Shown here: in pieces, positions 24,149-37,344 of the stretch
Layout of the letters: every line of letters begins with the position of its first letter
How positions within the stretch are numbered: the stretch's first letter is position 1
From: Ramazzottius varieornatus
Taxonomy: Eukaryota; Animalia; Tardigrada
Direction: 5' to 3'
NCBI GenBank assembly: GCA_001949185.1
Contig: BDGG01000001.1
Location: 6,968,325 to 7,032,324, forward strand
DNA length: 64,000 nt
The notes under the pieces: model-generated
Databases searched by the model: none
Told to the model about the DNA's origin: nothing
The model's input: only the letters and a program-made list of their open reading frames with translations
Translations under genes and position numbers: made by a program

Positions 24149-25465
24149 ATGGCCTATCCGACGGGCGTGAGTACGGTTGTTCACGCTTCACAGCCCCTCG
24201 TAATGCCTCTGCATGCAGGTACCAGCCAGCTGCAGGTCGGTGGAGCTGAAAGTCAAGTGCAGCTGGCAGCAGCAGTACCAAATCAAGGGCAGATCTCGTC
24301 ACGGCACATCCAAGCAGTTCTACCGGAAGTCCCAGTTAGTCTGTTGGACCTCCTCGGTCCCATTCATCACCTACAGGTCTCTCAGAAGCCGGAGCTGTTT
24401 CCTCCCTTTCCCCGACTCAAAAGTCTTAACAAGTACGGCATTACGAATGTACAGGGATATCCTCTGTACTTTGCCCTTGAAAACTCCAGTTATTGTCAAC
24501 GATGTTGTTGCGGAACTCTTCGGCATTTTGAAATGAGCATTATGGATCACAGCAACCGCGAAGTTCTCCATCTACACCGGCCTCTGAAATGTAAGCAGTG
24601 CTTTTGCTGCTGCTGTCTTCAAGTAAGCGTTGGTCACAGACGTTTCACGGTTCCAGAAACTCAGTTTGAATTCAGATCCGTCAAACGGGGGACTGGCAAT
24701 CGAAACGTGCAAGATCGTTAACTCAGTGTGGCGCACGCAGTCATTGTTATCGGATGGAAACGTGCGCCACTTAAGGTGACGATGCTGTCTCCCAAATTCC
24801 CAATTGCCAACTGGCTTGAAGCATGACGGCAGAAGCCTTGCGCCGGACTACCGATTCTTCGACTGCACGCTCTAACGTCATGGAACAGTTCAACGGAGTA
24901 GAACAGTTGGATATCCACCCGGTGCTTGTTTTACAGAAAATCGAAGTCAGCTCGCCAGACGGGGTCGTACTGGGTTTCGTTGTACAACAATAGCCACTTT
25001 TTCGACCTAAGTTCGTCGTTACGGACCCATACCGTGCAACCATCCTACATCTACAAGGCGGATGTTGCGTTTCTCCTTGCTGTGGAGCAAATTCGGAGTT
25101 TCATGTAAGTCGAGCCGTGCTTCCGCGTCAGTCGGTTCATAATAATTGGCCATGTTCGTTTCTGCCCAACAGATTCTAACCACGGACAAGAAGCACGATA
25201 TCGGTCTGATGTCCAGACCATTGACGTCGAGCTCTCCGGGTTCTTCCTCACAGCCTGACAACTTCGGGATCACTTTCCCTGTAGACCTTCACCTCAACGC
25301 CAAAGCAACGCTCCTAGGTGCAGCTTTTCTACTATTAAGAAGCGTTTTTAAAACATTGCATCGTATCAAGCTTCCGATCACCTTTCGAGTTTTTCACGTT
25401 GTTTTCAGGACTTTATGTTCTACGAAAGCACCAAGAAGAATACACCGAAAGCACATCGATCGTGA
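24149..25465 (+). pseudogene. PLSCR: Phospholipid scramblase (PLSCR family) with premature TAG and a broken splice donor
   Basis: Exons 24149-24622, 24937-25104, 25173-25334, 25409-25465 give RCCCGTLRHFEM, HLHRPLKC, DNFGITFPVDL, KATLLGAAFLL|DFMFYE; in-frame TAG 24991-24993 at the conserved Trp; donor at 25335 reads TTAAGA instead of GTAAGA. Confidence 0.85.
24703..24790. repeat. Intronic palindromic element (scramblase intron 1)
   Basis: GTGGCGCAC-25 nt-GTGCGCCACTT. Confidence 0.85.
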
Positions 25466-25533
25466 TTCAGAATATTGTTTGAGCATTTTGTTTGTATCAC
25501 CGAACTTTCTTATTTTTAGGCATGAATACAATT

Positions 25534-26688
25534 CTATTTTGTCAGATGTTTAGCATGGTGTTCAAAATGGTCTCTGATAAAGGTACTAACAAAGTAGTAA
25601 TTATGCCCATAGCCTTCTTGCATGCGAAGTTTCACAGGCACACCTGCTTCTTTCGCAGCATCGACAAAATGCTCCGGCAGCAAGTACGCCTTGCCATCTT
25701 TGAACCACTCGTCTTCGGTCCCTTGGTCGATCAAAATTTCCGGTATTTCTCCACCCTTTCCTGCTTGCTTACGTACCAGCTCCGTAGCGTCGTACTCTTT
25801 CCAGGCTTCTTTGTCTGGACCAAGGTAGGCCGTGAAGGCCCTCATACCCCAAGGCGACATCGACATGTTGGCGATGGGTGCCAAGGCCGACACTGACTTG
25901 AACATTCCCGGATTCTTTAGGAAGCAAATGAGAGCGCCATGACCACCCATTGAATGCCCGAAGATGGACTGGCGCGTTGGATCTACTGGAAAGTTCTGCT
26001 GGACAAGTGTCGGCAACTGCAGAAAAACCATTGCCAGCACACATCGCAACAGACGCATGACGTCACATTAGAGCAGAATGACCAGCGTTACAAAAGATAT
26101 GGTGCGCTTCATTACTTCATGCGCTAATTAAACAGAGTCTCAATTTCCCATGTTGATCTGACGTACCTCTTTCGTGACATACGAATACATCCTGTAATTC
26201 TTCCACTTTTCCGTGATTGCATCAACGTAGTATCCTGCGCCGGTTCCAAAGTCCCAACTATCTTCCTCGCCCTCGATGTTCAATCCACCTGCAAGCAGAA
26301 AGCCTTCTGTGACACCAACCGTAAGTGCGAAACTACGTCGGATAGTTGAATTAATTTTGACCTACGTGGACTTGTGTCAGGTCCAACGACGACAACCTTA
26401 TGCTGGGAAGCATACTGCTGAAATCCAGATTTTTCTATGAAGTTCTTTTCCGTGCAAGTTAGTCCGGACAGCCAGTACAGGACGGGAAATGTTTCGTTCT
26501 GAGTGAAAATCGGCGGAATGTAGACAGAGAAGTTGGCTTCGCTTCCCAGTTCGGCGCTACATCAAAAGCCAGCTGTTCTCTTGAAGATTTGACGACCAGA
26601 GGAACACTGTTTCGTACCTCTTATGCTTGAAGATCTTCTGGTATCCCCCGAAACATTTTGCTGACGAGACTTCCTCCAGTTCCGCCAT
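25534..26688 (-). CDS. ESD: S-formylglutathione hydrolase / esterase D, multi-exon
   Basis: [18 protein letters not shown]; YWLSGLTCT; PDTSPRG; [11 protein letters not shown]; nucleophile GHSMGGHGA; DQG.ED.; [12 protein letters not shown]. Confidence 0.97.
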
Positions 26689-28485
26689 GACTTCAGCAGA
26701 CTGCAGGAAGATGTACTAGACAGCAGTAAGCTCAATGAAAAAGGCACGCCCGCAACCCGCAGGCCTCCGACCAGGACGAGAAACGTTCTGGACGAACCGG
26801 AAGTTATCGTAGCTTTATTAGCCTATATGAAGTTCACGTCATCGACCATAGAACCAAAAGTGACTCGATTCCCTCGTCATCGGCGCTCCGCTGGAGTACG
26901 CTTCGTTTGAGCAATGGGCAGAGTAGATCAGTGAGGCGGGGCTAGTTTGAGAAATATGGAGCGGCAACGAAATAAAAATTGCCTACAGTCGGCCAATCAA
27001 GATGGTCTAGGTGAGAGATTCTGTGCCTTCAGTGGTCGTTTACGGATATTCCTAATTTCATGCCCCGCTCCATATAATGTCATCTGGCCGCGCCTTGCTG
27101 ATCTACTCTGCCGACTGCTCGTTTGTTGCATCAGGCCTGGTTGCTGCACGAACGCTGTGTGTTGACGGTTGAGCATCCGTTCCGTTAGCCGCTTCATTAT
27201 TCATTGTGGTTAGCTTGTCCATTGCCCATCGCCGATCTTGATAACGTTCCGTGCGGAACGGCGCGGCGAGAGAAACAGGGTAAAGGGCAGAAGCGAGAAA
27301 TTTCGATTTTCATTCCCTGTCTTCTTCTGTCTTCCCTTCAACCTTTGTTGTCCCTGTTTGTCGTTTTTACTCTTTCAGGACTTTCGGGTTGTTGCAAGAT
27401 GCCGAATCCCTGTTCGTTCACCCTACCAGAAGTCTGCACTCTCGAGCTAACGGACGCGATCTGCGGACCATTCCTCTGCCACAAGCCACCTCTGGAAACG
27501 TGCCGAGACTACATCCGCCTCCACCTGCACTTAGCCTACCCTTCCCGGCTGAATCATTCTGCCACCAAGTGCACCTCATTCTGTCGCTATAAACTATAAA
27601 GCAACTTCGGGACAAGACCAAGAAATGGTACGACACAGGGACCAAGCACATCAAGAAGTCTTCAGCAGTTGCGCACGGCCAGCGCTTTCTCATCACCGAC
27701 CTAGTCGAGTCCACAGTGGATGAAGCTGTTTTGCAGTCCTTGAAGCGGATAGCTGTTGATCTTCCAAGCATCTCCGTTATTGGTCTTTGTGCGTACATCA
27801 AGCAAAACTTTAAGTGATTATAAGCAGTCAATAGAATTTCGGGAAGAGTTAACGATGATTATTTCTCAAATTTACTTCCGGGTGTCGTCTTGTTGTTTAG
27901 GTTTGCCTAAACTCTTGCACTGGCTCCCACTGTTCGGTCGACAACTCTGACCCTCATGGTTCGGCTTTCGCTGGGTTATCGGATTGCTCTATCCCTTCCT
28001 CAGCGCACGATGTCTGATCTATACACCAGAAGTTCGCTAGTTTCTTACAAGATTTTGATATTTACAAGTGTCAATTCATGTTCCAGTCAAAGTAAATGGC
28101 ATGAAGAAAATGAAAATACTGTACTGACAAGATGGTAAAATTGTCCCATTCATTAAATCAACTCTTTCGCCGAATGGGTCCCAAAGTTAAACACTCTTCG
28201 TCATCACAGTAGAAATTCTTGCAACTTTGTACCACAGAACAACATATCTCACAAAGGCAGACAGCACACTCAACTCAATTCAAATACACGGAGTGACGCG
28301 CATGGAGGAAATTGTCTGGGTACTCTAAGCTGTATCAAATAGCCAGCTGCCGCGAGAGACCCGAAACCCCACAGACCAGCAAGACTAAACACACACAGAA
28401 ACCCAGCTGAATTGACAGTTCAACAATGTCAAAAGAGTAACACAAAAGAGAAGAGGGGGAAATTATTGGCAATGTATATTGGTGA

Positions 28486-30271
28486 TTACTTGTCTCGTTG
28501 ACGGTTGGCTTTGAAACGGGAAACCGTTTTGGATACGTCCTCCGTGGGACTCGTCAGCAAGGACTCGCCCACCGCGTCGGTGCTGACATCGGCAAGGTTT
28601 CTTTCAATTATCACGTCCGTGTCTGTTACGGGAGGAGGATCTGCTGGTTCGACAACGTCCAGCGAGTCTTCAATACTGTCCATGGCGATGTGTCCTTGCT
28701 TCTGCAGAAGAGCCAAGAAAACCATTATGACATAACATACCATATACAGCGCACCATAACACATTATGACACCATACGAACCAATAGACGCATGACGCAA
28801 CTTAAAGTGTCTATTCATAGCCTCAAAGTACGCTATCACGTGACGTCATACGTGAAAGTGGATAATGTGAATTAGTATGTATCACCAGAATTTCGTTTTA
28901 GAATTTTAAGTTTTTTCTAAACCGTCTTAAGCCACGGAGAATTTTTAGAGGCTGTGGTGGCTTTCACTGCCGCAAAGAATGTATTACCTTGAGACGAGGC
29001 ACGTTATCGGAAGAGAAAGAGCGAGGTGGAGGTGGGTCATCGTATTCGAATTCAGAAGAGCTCTCATCCATCGTCCGAAACTTCCCTGAGGCCAACATCT
29101 TCTGTAAGGCTTGCTTGAACATTGGATTTATGCTCCGCTCTCGTTCAGGAACCGCACCTTCGAAAGGAGCAAACGTGACGCTCTTTCTTTCCTTCTTTGC
29201 TTTGCCCGGAGTGGCGGAGGGAAGGGAGCTGCGACGTGGTCGGTCCGACAAGTTTGGAATCGGGCGAAGGAAAAGCTGGGGCTCCGCAGAGTCGTCCATC
29301 TCGTCGGAAATGCTTTGGCTTTTGTGCATGGGCGAAGTGGCTTCCTCGTCCTCTTCCATCTCTTCTTTTTCCAGCTGGTCTAGACGTTGAGCAATTTCGT
29401 GGTCGGTAGGAAATTTCTTGGGCACATTGGCCGTTCTTCCGGGTGAAAATTCCTGCGTCGCGTTCTGGTCTACGGTTTCTCGAATCTCGACGATATCCTC
29501 TTCAATACCTTGTTGCCGTATCTGCAGATTAAACAGCCGAACCAAATGAATACGGAGTCCTCAGAAACAGATATGAAGCTGTCGCTCATAACGGAAGACA
29601 ACTTCCGGAAAGGAGAACAGTAAAAACACATTTAGAAGTTTAGGACTTTATGTTTCACAATTCACATCAACTGGCGCAACTACTGAACAGACGGGCGGAG
29701 CTTCACCTGCGTAACGAACTGTGCGTGCGCAAGGTTTCGACTAAACGCCGCCCGGACAGAATCTTACGTCACGCACAGTGTCCGCATCATGCACCAGGAA
29801 ACCGCCCAATCAGCAACGCGCCATTCTTACCATTGTGGAAAGCATGTCCAGTTTGTTCTGGACAATCTTCCGTTCCTCATCAAGTTTCCGCAGAATTCCG
29901 TCGACAGCAATTATCCGTCGATCAGCAATCTCGCAGGCCTGTTTAGCCGTTCTCTCGACAAAATATCCATCGCCGAGAAGGACCAAAATTTCGTTGGTGT
30001 GTACCAGCTCCCCGTGAACAAGTGCGTGCGGTCCAAGTGGCACAGTGGAAGGATAGCGAGTCTGTTCAGCGATCATCGACAACCTCGCTCGTAGATCGAG
30101 GTAAGTTTTCTTGAGCACTTCTTGTTCACCAATACGCCTGGCGCAATCTTCAAGGGCTACCTGCTGGTAGTACACAAAACGCTGTATTTCCGGACTACTT
30201 TTACTGAAATCCACTTTCTTTGCAGAGCTTGAACTTGAAGGAGACTTTCGATGTGCAGCTGGCACTGACAT
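28486..30271 (-). CDS. URI1: Unconventional prefoldin RPB5 interactor, 3 coding exons
   Basis: Prefoldin-alpha domain VPLGPHALVHGELVHTNEILVLLGDGYFVERTAKQA..RR; IVEIRE; acidic region; C-terminal VSRFKANR. Confidence 0.93.
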
Positions 30272-30629
30272 GGTATACTGCTTGGCCAGTCTGAAGGGTA
30301 AGCGTATCCCGCTGACGAACCCGCCGATCGTTAAACTTGTGGTAACTTTACACCTCTTGCAGGCTGACGGCGAGGGAAAGTTGAACTTGGCCCTGTTGAC
30401 AGTTTACGAATTTTCCGATCGTTAAAATCACTTATGTAACGGCCGTTTAGACTTACAGAGCTAACGCCAAGCCTCCGATCGAAGATAAGGGGAAGACGGC
30501 GGGATTCAACCAGTGCGAGGGATACAGAGAAAGCCCGAGCGACGCAACGTGGCGGAAGGAGAGGAGGAGACCGATGAAAGTCACGCTTGAGAAGCCGTGA
30601 GAAACAGCTGGGAAAGCTCGATACACGTC

Positions 30630-31135
30630 ACTACGAGTTTTATCGTCAGCAGATCAGCATGGATGTACCAGTAGCGAGCACGGACCTGCCATCCACGAGA
30701 ATCAACAATCAATCATTAGGCAATACAAAATACTGCCTTTGATTCGATCAGACAACGCACCGTCTGTAGCTATAATCTGGAACACATGAAGATTCAGCCT
30801 GGGCTGTTTTGCTTCCACTGACCGACCGCAGAAAATACAAACCGCTTTTCGACTGGCCCCAAACGCCCAGGCTGTGCCACGATACTGACGATGGGTGCCA
30901 CAATACACTTGCGAATGGTGCGTTATTTAATCGAACCGAAATGATTGTTGATTTGTTGCATCATTTCGTGGATGGCAGGTCCGTGTTGGCTACGAGGTAC
31001 ATCCAGGCTGATCTGCGGCATCTGCCTGGCATAGATGTTCCGAAAGGAAATATGGAATGGCTTGACAAACAGCACTGCGGTGAGTAAGATTTGGCAACCG
31101 ATACAAATTCTGCCTGTACATCCATGCTGATCTGA
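30630..31135. repeat. Inverted and partial copies of the same dispersed repeat between divergent URI1 and IMPACT
   Basis: CAGATCAGCATGGATGTACC..GGACCTGCCATCCACGA (~30650-30698) is the reverse complement of TCGTGGATGGCAGGTCC..GGTACATCCAGGCTGATCTG (~30966-31015); a third fragment TGTACATCCATGCTGATCTG lies at ~31115. Confidence 0.7.
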
Positions 31136-31427
31136 TCGTCAAGTAACATGCAATGACGTACTGTACCACTCACCGCAATAGGATATCGCACCATAACACT
31201 GTCGTACCGCATACTGCGTAATAATCTGATGACATACAGTGCGATGTCATTGTTTCACGATCATCTGTTTCCAACTTTCCATCATCTCGTCGGATTTCTT
31301 CCTCGCAGTATCACGAGAGGACTTCTTTGCAGGTTCGCTATCAGTTCAAGGAGACCGGCCGAACCCGAGAGGATCACTTGCCGGATAGAGGAGGAAGAAA
31401 CCGAGCGGGATATTAGCAGGCGGAACG

Positions 31428-32477
31428 ATGGAGGAAAATCTCGACCACATGCACGATTCTGTCCAGCTCGAAGAAGAATTGTCAGCGCTTTCCAGCATCT
31501 ACGGAAACGAGCTGAGCTTTCTCGATGACTCCGGACGCAACATCAGCTTCCAGCTGTCTCCTACAGCCTCCCTGTGCATCTCGCTGCCTGACGGATATCC
31601 CTCTAAAGCATCCCCAATTGTGACGCTGGTCGCACCTTCCCTCCGCGGAGAAACGCGTTCCCAGACCGACCAAGAAATTTCCTCCGTCGTGAAAGAATTT
31701 ACAGGACAAAGCATGCTGTATGGCCTTGTGGAGAAAGCCCGAGAACTCACCGAAGCATGCGAAAATGGCCTGGAGGAAAATACTGAAGAAAATTCGATTC
31801 CAAAAGAAGGGTAAAATCAGTGTTTTCCGAAGTGACGCACGTTCTCAGGCAATATTACTGGCAGCATGCGTCACTTGATACAAAGTTCTTTTAGAGTTTG
31901 TTTGCTGAGCTCCGAATTAGTGTTCTAAATTCCTTCCGTTTATTATAGCAAAGTACGTTCCTTTCTTCATTGCAGGGTTTCGGTCGAACCAGGAAGCCAC
32001 GTTCCTTTGCCAGAAATAATTCACGGAATACCGTTCACAGAACGACGGAGTACTTTCCAAGCGCACCTTGCTGTGGTCCACAGTGTCAAGGAAGTACAGC
32101 GGGTTCTCCAAGAGTTGAAACGCAACAGAAAGATCGCGGAAGCCACGCATAACATTATGGCTTACAGAATTTGTGGCCAAGGTGATTCGTGGGTGAGCGA
32201 CTGTGATGACGATGGCGAAAGTCAAGCGGGGTCCAGGTTGCTTCATTTGCTCAACATCATGGATGTCCGGAACGTCGTCGTTGTAATTTCACGCTGGTAC
32301 GGTTTCACCTTTACCTTCCTTAGGAGCGACACGATTTTGTTATGGGTGTCTCGATCCATTGTGTTTTTCAGGTTCGGCGGAGTCCTGCTTGGCCCGGAGA
32401 GATTCAAACACATCACGAATGCAGCGCGAAATATTCTAACAGAAAATGCTGCGATCATAGCTCACAAAGCCTGGTAG
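31428..32477 (+). CDS. IMPACT: Protein IMPACT (RWD + UPF0029 domain), 3 exons
   Basis: EEELSALSSIYG..LPDGYPSKASP (RWD); RRSTFQAH, ATHNIMAYRI, DCDDDGESQAGSRLLHLL, VVISRW|FGGVLLGPERFKHI; intron 32297-32371. Confidence 0.96.
31821..31900. repeat. Intronic palindromic element (IMPACT intron 1), compensated variant
   Basis: AAGTGACGCAC-25 nt-ATGCGTCACTT. Confidence 0.8.
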
Positions 32478-32684
32478 CTCTACTATATTTCATAATTTCG
32501 TGCATCTCTTAGCTTCACGTAACTTTATTTATTTTAATATTGGAAAGCCGCAGAGGAATTGAGAAAAACTTTTGGTCGCTGAGATGGATTTTATTTAGCT
32601 GGCAGTAGCTAACGAACGTTAATAAGAGCATCGGATCAATTTTGTGGTTTCTAGGGAGGCGAAATTCTAGAAAGGGGCGTACGA

Positions 32685-35600
32685 CTACGAGGTGATGTCT
32701 GGTCGAATTTCTACGATGATGTTGTACTTTGCAAACCGCACAAACACGGGTTTGTCAGCGCTTTCGTGAATGAAGTAGGCGTCGTCACTGATCATCGGGT
32801 TACTCGGCATGCTGTAGTCCGTAGCTGCACTTCTAGTCGCTCCGGAAAACCCACCAGACGTTCCCGAGCGATTTACCGAATTTCCTGAGGCACCACCCGT
32901 GACATCGCTGTTGTAGCTCGCGTAGCCGTTGACGATCACCGTGGCGTGTTGGCTCGAAGAGGTCTGGCGCAAGGTAGACGAACTCTGCAGGCTGTTTAAC
33001 ATGGCGCTTCCCATGTCGGTTGTCGCCAGGCTGGAAGTGGCGTCTTTATCGCAGGCTGTGAAGATTTTGACTGTGATGGGATGCGCTGCAGTCAAAGTAG
33101 TTTGTGGGGCAGTGTTGGACGAAGCCAGGTGGAGAGATTGACTGTTGGCGATTCGCGAGGACGAGGCTGAGCTCTCCGAGGATCCTCCGCTCGAAGCCGA
33201 GGAAAAGTCCTGGTTTGGTCTGGAGGTACCGAAAGCGGAGGCCGCGGATAGGCTGGCCTTGCCCGTGTCTGTTTGGGGAGAGACTGTCCGTGCCTGGGTC
33301 TGGTTTCGCGAAGAGGCAGGGCCGGATGGCATTTGGACTTGCAGAGGATTGCTGGTTATCGTGGCTTCGCCTGACACGAATACCCTATTGGAACTGATTC
33401 CCGCCGTTTGGGCTTGGCCATTCGTACTTGTTCGCTGAGCGTTCGCGCTGGCTTGGGAATTTGAAGACATTCCGGCGGCGCTGGCCTGACCCGCCCTTTC
33501 CTGGCTTGGTCCTTGAGTGCGGGGTCCGGGAATTTCTAAACAAAACAGGTGAATGCAGTCAATTTACGATGGGTATTATTGGTTCTACTTTGAAGGGTTC
33601 GGTACCATTATATCTGTTAAAATCAGGAGTAGCCGAGAAATGCATGGAATCGGTGCCATGCGGCACAGGCATCCAGATATTTTGGAACTGCAGGTCGTAA
33701 GCACTGTTCCCTTGGCCAACTGCCACTCCGCTAACACCTGCCTGTCCGGTACTTATACCCTGTCCCGTCAGAATTCCTCTCGGCCCATTTCCCTGTGCGG
33801 TGTTGGCAGAGGACGAGCCGGCGGTCGCAGTTCCCTGCCCCGTCGACGGTTCTATGAAAGCATCTTCTTGTCCGGTGCTTGCAGACGACGAGAAAGACCC
33901 AGCTGTTGCGCCGCTTTGGCTCTGAACTGGATTCGGTCGTCGGCCACTCTGTTGGCTAGTTGATCCGGCGCTTTGTACCTGACCGTTCAAAGCCGTCACC
34001 TGGTTGCTGCCTGTGGATCCTGCGGAAGTTTGGCTGTGACCAACAGCATCACCGGCGCTGGCAGTGGAAACCGAAGCGTCCGTGTTCGGCGGACCCCAAA
34101 CCGACGTGAAACGGTCGTCAGCGGAGTTGATGTCCAAAGGAGCGAGTGAACTTCCGCCTTGCCAAAGACTACTCGACGGCTGGGTCGAAGTGCCAGCTGT
34201 GACACGACCCGTCAAAAGGTTTTGTACAGCTGTTGAGGTTTGCTTGTTCGTGCCTTGTTGGGCGTTCTGACCGGAAGACCCACTACCGGTAATGCTTGTC
34301 TGCAGGGAGCCACTGGTCGCTTGTTGGCCACCTTGTCCTGAGCCTGTAGAGCCGGACGCTGTTACTGATCCCAAAGAGGTCTGTCCGGGAAACTGGCTCG
34401 AACCGCTCGCCGAAACACCAGGTCGACCTTGTGAATCTACGGCGACCACTGACTTCGTCCCCTGGTTGTTGACACCAGTCCTTCCTCCTGTCTGAGCTAC
34501 TCCGGCAGTGGACACACCTGAGCCTTGTTGTGTGGTTTGTCCTAAAGAGCTGCTCCCAGCCGACTGCAAAGTCTGGCGAGACGTTTGAAAACCACCTTGG
34601 GACTGTCCAGCCGTACCGAAAGCTGTGGCAGATCCAGAGGACGATGAGATACCCGTCCGAGTCTGCTTACCCGAGGTTGAGGTTCGGTTGATTCCTTGAT
34701 CATTTCCACCGGGACTGCCTGCAGCTGTCTGAGCTTGCCCAACTGTCGAAACGTCAGAGCTTAGCTGGTTGCTGCCTGCCTGTACATTATTGGTGGAGAA
34801 GTCCACCAGCCCATCGAACGAATCATCCGCTGATGGTTGAGTCGGGCCGTCCGTCCCAGTTGCCGCGTTTGAACTAACTGAAGCTGAGGCACCGCCATTG
34901 CTTTCTGCGTTGTTTCCGGAAGATGTGGCATTCGCCAGCCTGTTTGTGGACGTGTCTCCGGGGGACGGACTCTGGTGCGTGGGATCGATCGAGTATGTGG
35001 TCAGCGTAGGGTACGGGTTGACTATGTATTGGTTGATATTGGACGAGGAAGTTTGAGAGTTACCAGTATCGCCATGTCCAGGGCCTTGTAGCGGGACATT
35101 ACCAGGGCTGAACACTGGCTTCCGAGAAGCCAGTGGCAGCTGTTTGCTTTGGATGACCTGTGATGGAGGCGGAGAAGCCACAGCGGAAGCATCGACAATC
35201 CTGTTTTTCTTGCTGAATGTGGTGGAAGACTGGGACTGACCGACGTTGTTGGGACGGAACATGACCATGCCGAAACGTCCACCGCGCTCAACTGTGCCAT
35301 TACTTGGCTGACCCGCGCCGGAAGCATCTCCTTTCGCGGATGCAGAGGAATCGCTGCTTTGTCCAAAGTCCGATGAAGAGGACGGACTTTGCCCTGGAGA
35401 ATAAAAGAATAGGGAGCCATGAGGGAGTTTGCCTTGAATCTTCAAGTGGCTCAACTCGGGCCCTAACGTGTCTGCAGGAGCAAAAGTATCGTCTGTAATA
35501 TGAACCTTACCAGAATCTTGACTGTAGAAACTTTTGTAGTTGTTGGCAGCGTCGTCCGCACTGATGGTTTCCAGAAGTGGAATGTTATTCTGATACAACC

Positions 35601-36435
35601 TGCTGTTGCTGTATTCATAATAATTAGCAACCCTGGAAGACAAAAGGAAAATCAATGTCGTACAAACTGAACGTGTACCGCTGGCGATGACGTCACTTCC
35701 GGTAGCGTACTATTCAGTCTCCACTCGTGAACATCATGAAACATTTTGCACTTACTGGGAGCAGTCCACATTATACGGAAAGTCACAGACGAGGGTCAAC
35801 TGCGAAAGAAAAACTGTAAAATTCGAGGAAAGCGAATTATCGATACAAGTAAGCTTGAAGGCGATGGAACGTACCTGGTTGAAGAGGGTTCCTGGTGGGC
35901 ATATGAAGACCGACCTCCGGAGTTTGTCGTCGCAACGGTAATACTGTTGACACCCAAAAGCCGGATCTGAGTAATATCCAGGACCTAATCCTTGTGTACA
36001 GCTGAAGTTGGAGGGTTGGGTGCGAGCATAGTTTGGCAGTGGCGGAGTCTTCCCACGGCTCCTCAAAGAGTTACGGAAATTGCGCAAAACCTCTTGAACC
36101 GAGATAGTCTGCGGATCGATCCTTCTTCCCGTCCGCAGGTTGTTCTCTTCCGTGCCCTAGAAGGACCATCCGATACCTTGAAACTGGTGAAATGACTCAA
36201 AACTACGTAGAACAAAGGAATCAACTGGCACGCCGGCAAAACGTCTTCAGTAGAGCCGTTTTCCCAAGTGGCACATACTGGTAGCCAACGACAGGGAAAA
36301 TGTGCGCCATTCGCGACGACGATCTTGCTCAGTTCGTTTGTCGACGTCCCAACTCACCTCTTGTGCGGACGCCGGTCTATGGAATGTTCCGAAAAGGATA
36401 ACCATCACTAAAAGACACAGCTTTATCCTCCACAT
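32685..36435 (-). CDS. Secreted chitin-binding (CBM14/peritrophin-A) protein with long Ser/Gly/Thr/Gln-rich region
   Basis: Signal peptide MWRIKLCLLVMVILFG..; FSC..GPGYYSDPAFGCQQYYRC..FICPPGTLFNQ|LTLVCDFPYNVDC; long low-complexity exons 33559-35655 and 32685-33530. Confidence 0.85.
36250..36335. repeat. Intronic palindromic element (chitin-binding gene intron 1)
   Basis: CCCAAGTGGCACAT..TGTGCGCCATTCG..ACGATCTTG. Confidence 0.8.
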
Positions 36436-37344
36436 CTCCCCAAGGGCTACGAAACACTTGCCCGCAAGTATGAAATTCCCAGATGGTCAAAACTGGCAAT
36501 AACGTTACAGTACGCGAAGTGATTTTCAGACGAATATCTGGAGAAATTTTCGGTCGAGAAACCTTCCCATGTAATTCTTTTTCCATGTTACGTGTAGGCT
36601 ATACCCAACATTTGTAGTCTCCTCGTAATGCTCTGCGGCGAACAAAAGCGCGGCAAGGTCGGGGTGAAAATGCCGGAAGGCGCTTGCCATTGTCCCTTTG
36701 AGAAATAGTTCACACATGGCTGGTCCTTGCTTCCTGTTCGGCCGTGTTATGCCGATAAAGAATCTACGCTTCAATAGGAAAGAATGGACCAAGTCATGAA
36801 AACGTTCGCAGTGACTCTGATCAGGCCAATGAGTTAATTCTCACTACTTTTGTCGTACGCTAAAGCAAATTAACGGATAAATTACGACACAGCAATTAAT
36901 GTTTTAGTAGAAATCAAACCTATAAATCGATTACTCGTCAAGTATGCTTTCATCGGATGCCAAAGATTTTCGCGCGTCACGAAGAATTTTATACTTGATA
37001 ACGTAACTAAAACCAGCTAACGATGGACATCCAGCCGGAAAGAAACTCATCGTTACCGTCTAGGAGAAAATAAAAGAAGTCACACACCAAAACACAACCC
37101 AACAGCACGATGCGTGAAAGAAAACAGAAAAGCAGTCAGTTTAGTATGGAATTAAGATGAACCAAAAATCAAAGGGCAATCGGTAAACCTATTCAAACAA
37201 CAAACTGTCAACTCCGTCGGATCATTCCCGGGCCCGAACACGCCCAAACAGCAGCAACGATACTCATAAGAAGCGAGTAAGGACATGACCAGTGAGCAAC
37301 GAGGTAGATACAACTGTACAAGCCAAAGATGCAAAGAAAAACTA

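Noticed and set aside
24089-26804. CCGGAAGT Ets-like motifs upstream of the scramblase and ESD starts
   Set aside because: Plausible promoter sites, but the word also occurs in coding and intronic positions; not supportable without TSS data.
27389-27817. Coding-like ORFs divergent from ESD
   Set aside because: Interrupted by a stop or frameshift near 27590 and no recognisable domain; cannot be supported as a gene.
32297-32371. 25-aa insertion in the IMPACT conserved motif
   Set aside because: A 75-nt stop-free GT-AG intron; removal restores RWFGG.
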